IMG/VR virus record: IMGVR_UViG_2585427754_000011
Reading direction: 5' to 3' (one strand)
Length of the DNA: 39,448 nt
From: a virus
Lineage: Duplodnaviria > Heunggongvirae > Uroviricota > Caudoviricetes
The notes under the pieces are model-generated. The model saw only the letters and a list, made by a program, of their open reading frames with translations. It had not been told where the DNA came from and did no database searches. Shown one piece after another: positions 36,829-39,448 of the stretch (positions are counted from its first letter, which is position 1; each line of letters opens with the position of its first letter). A program made the translations under genes and the position numbers.

Positions 36829-38514
36829 TTATCCTAATCCTGGCCATACCATGACGATGATTGTCCCTGCCAGCGTCAGCAGGACGTTGGCGATTGCGTA
36901 GGTGCCCGCGTAGCCCAGCGCAGGGATGTTACTGCGAGCTGTATCACTGATGATCTCCATTGCCGGCGCGCAGGTGCGTGCGCCCATCATTGCGCCGAAC
37001 AACAGTGCGCGGTTCATTCGCAATACATAAGCACCGAACAAGAAACAGATAACCACGGGCACAAGACTGACAATTAATCCGGCAATCAACATCTGACCGC
37101 CAATCGCGCCCAGGCCGTTATTAATACCGCTACCGGCGCTCAGACCAACGCCTGCCATAAACACCATCAAGCCGAACTCTTTCACCATGCTTAATGCACC
37201 TTGCGGAATGTAACCGAAGGTCGGGTGGTTAGCACGCATAAAGCCCAGCATAATTCCGGCGAATAACAACCCGGCAGCGTTCCCCATGCCGAAACTGAAT
37301 GTGCTGAACTGGAAGGTGATCATCCCGATCATCAGCCCAATAACAAAGAAGGCGCAAAATGCCAGCAGGTCAGTGACCTGGCTGTGAATCGAGATAAAGC
37401 CGATGCGATCGGCGATGGTTTTTACGCGACGGGCATCACCGCTGACTTGTAAAACGTCACCTTTGTTAAGCACGACGTTGTCATCTATCGGCATCTCAAT
37501 CTGGCTACGAATGACGCGGTTAAGGAAGCAACCGTGATCGGTCAACTTCAGTTGTGCGAGACGTTTACCTACAGCGTTATGGTTTTTAACGACCACTTCT
37601 TCAGTGACGATACGCATGTCGAGAAGGTCACGATCGAAAACTTCTTTACCGTTACGGAAGCTGGGATCGAGTCGGGCATGGGCGTCGGGATAGCCTACCA
37701 ACGCTATTTCATCGCCCATTTGTAGCACGGCATCACCGTCTGGATTTGCCAGAATCCCGTTACGTCGAATACGTTCAATGTAGCAGCCGGTTTGTCGATA
37801 AATACCCAGTTCACGCAGATTTTTGCCGTCGGTCCAGGCCACCAGCTCCGGGCCGACGCGATAGGCGCGGATCACCGGTAAATAAACCTTACGGTTGGCA
37901 TCAGTGTCCAGGCCACGTTCGCGGGCGATTTGCTGGGCGCTGGTCTGTAAGTCCTGATGCTGCAATTTCGGCAAGTAACGCGCACCAACAATCAAACTCA
38001 CCAGACCGATTAAATAGGTTAAGGCATACCCGAGGCTCAGATTATCCAGTGCCAGTGAGAGCTGCCTGCTTTCCATGCCGGAATGACGCAGTGTATCGCC
38101 AGCACCGACCAGAACCGGTGTCGACGTCATAGAGCCTGCTAACATACCGGCCGTCAGGCCAATATCCCAGCCAAACAGCTTACCTAACCCTAAGGCGATC
38201 ACCAGCGCACTGCCAACCATCACCAGTGCTAACATTAGGTAATTTTTCCCATCGCGAAAAAAAATGGAAAAAAAGTTCGGTCCGGCTTCGACCCCGACGC
38301 AGAAAATAAACAGCATAAAGCCAAGATTAAGCGCATCGGTGTTAATGCTGAAATGTTGTTGGCCTAATAACAGCGATACGACTAAAACGCCAATGGAATT
38401 ACCCAGTTGGATCGAACCAAGTCGTAACTTTCCGAGACATAGCCCAAGCGCGAGGACCACAAATAATAACAGAATGTAATTCCCATTTAACAATTCGGCG
38501 ACGTTTATATTCAC
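36829..38514 (-). CDS. ybjL: Putative transport protein YbjL (host)
   Basis: 561 aa; full-length match to E. coli YbjL as recalled ([25 protein letters not shown]...). Confidence 0.9.
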
Positions 38515-38783
38515 GGAGGCTAACTTCTTGTTTACTAGTAAGCTGTTGAAAGAAATGGTAATTTACGATAATGTTTTTTACCAGAATTCAGGGCGCAGAT
38601 TCATTCAGCGCACCTAAACGATAGTAAAGTAACAATATATTTTACTAGTGTAATCACATTAGGTATCAACGGCTATATGAATTGCGTTGGCCTATATTAG
38701 CATGGAATGCGAAGCGGCTTTATCTTACTGAACGCCACACTGGCGAAAAATGTGTTCGATAGACGCAGTGTCAGGAGGAACGA

Positions 38784-39161
38784 GTGAAACATAAACAACG
38801 TTGGGCGGGGGCAATCTGCTGTTTTGTCCTCTTCATTGTGGTGTGCCTTTTTCTGGCGACGCACATGAAAGGCGCTTTTCGGGCTGCCGGGCATCCTGAA
38901 ATCGGCTTGCTATTTTTCATTCTTCCTGGAGCAGTCGCCAGCTTCTTTTCACAGCGTAGAGAAGTCCTGAAACCTCTGTTTGGCGCAATGCTGGCGGCAC
39001 CCTGTTCGATGCTCATTATGCGGCTGTTTTTTTCACCGACGCGCTCATTCTGGCAAGAGCTGGCATGGTTACTAAGCGCGGTGTTCTGGTGTGCGCTGGG
39101 GGCACTGTGTTTCTTATTTATCAGTAGTTTGTTTAAACCACAGCACAGAAAAAATCAGTAA
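38784..39161 (+). CDS. ybjM: Inner membrane protein YbjM (host)
   Basis: 125-aa membrane protein between ybjL and grxA, as in the E. coli K-12 gene order. Confidence 0.75.
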   Translation: MKHKQRWAGAICCFVLFIVVCLFLATHMKGAFRAAGHPEIGLLFFILPGAVASFFSQRREVLKPLFGAMLAAPCSMLIMRLFFSPTRSFWQELAWLLSAVFWCALGALCFLFISSLFKPQHRKNQ

Positions 39162-39180
39162 AGCCCTCAACGCGAGGGCT
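39162..39180. terminator. Hairpin between convergent ybjM and grxA
   Basis: agccctc-aacgc-gagggct. Confidence 0.5.
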
Positions 39181-39190
39181 TGTCAGACGA

Positions 39191-39448
39191 TCAGGCGTCC
39201 AGATTTTCTTTCACCCATGCAGCAAAATCGGTATAGCCGCCGATATGTTGCTGATCGACAAAAATCTGCGGCACGGTTTCTACGGGTTTACCTGCCTTTT
39301 GTTGTAGATCTTCTTTAGTGATCCCTTCCGCACGAATATCTACATACTGATACTGAAAATCATCGCGTTCATTGCTCAATTTCTCAGCCAGATCTTTTGC
39401 ACGCACACAGTAAGGGCAACCCGGACGACCAAAAATAACGGTTTGCAT
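39191..39448 (-). CDS. grxA: Glutaredoxin 1 (host)
   Basis: 85 aa with CPYC active site (MQTVIFGRPGCPYCVRAKDLAEKL...). Confidence 0.9.
   Translation of the reverse strand: MQTVIFGRPGCPYCVRAKDLAEKLSNERDDFQYQYVDIRAEGITKEDLQQKAGKPVETVPQIFVDQQHIGGYTDFAAWVKENLDA

Noticed and set aside
1-39448. CRISPR arrays, tRNA genes, IS elements
   Set aside because: I found no regularly spaced short repeats, no tRNA-like cloverleaf at the att sites, and no transposase-like ORF or terminal inverted repeats on reading the sequence; the scan was by eye only.

Overview
The window is almost entirely one apparently complete 186/P2-like (Peduovirus-type) temperate myophage prophage, about 36.6 kb, lying next to the host genes ybjL-ybjM-grxA (36829-39448). 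A 22-bp direct repeat (19-40 and 36594-36615, 1 mismatch) looks like the att core at both ends. Gene order is the canonical one: int, cI, apl/cII early operon, TraR-like, dam, replication gene A, LexA-controlled tum/dinI, cos, Q-P, O-N-M-L, X, holin, endolysin, lysABC, R-S, V-W-J-I-H-G, FI-FII-E/E'-T-U-D, ogr/B. Four AT-rich accessory insertions interrupt this backbone and are the interesting part. (1) A KAP-family P-loop NTPase plus a small secreted Cys-rich protein sit between cI and int. (2) A direct-repeat-flanked antisense cassette after cII carries a 2-TM protein and a Pro-rich micropeptide. (3) The replication-to-portal hotspot is split by a cos-like site, with a TIR-domain protein on one side and an unknown 332-aa protein, an HNH nuclease and a small ORF on the other. 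(4) An OLD-family ABC-ATPase/Toprim gene is inserted between tail genes S and V, which is not a classical P2 cargo site. All calls are from reading the sequence and ORF translations; no database search, GC calculation or structure prediction was run, so family assignments rest on recognised motifs and remembered homologs.
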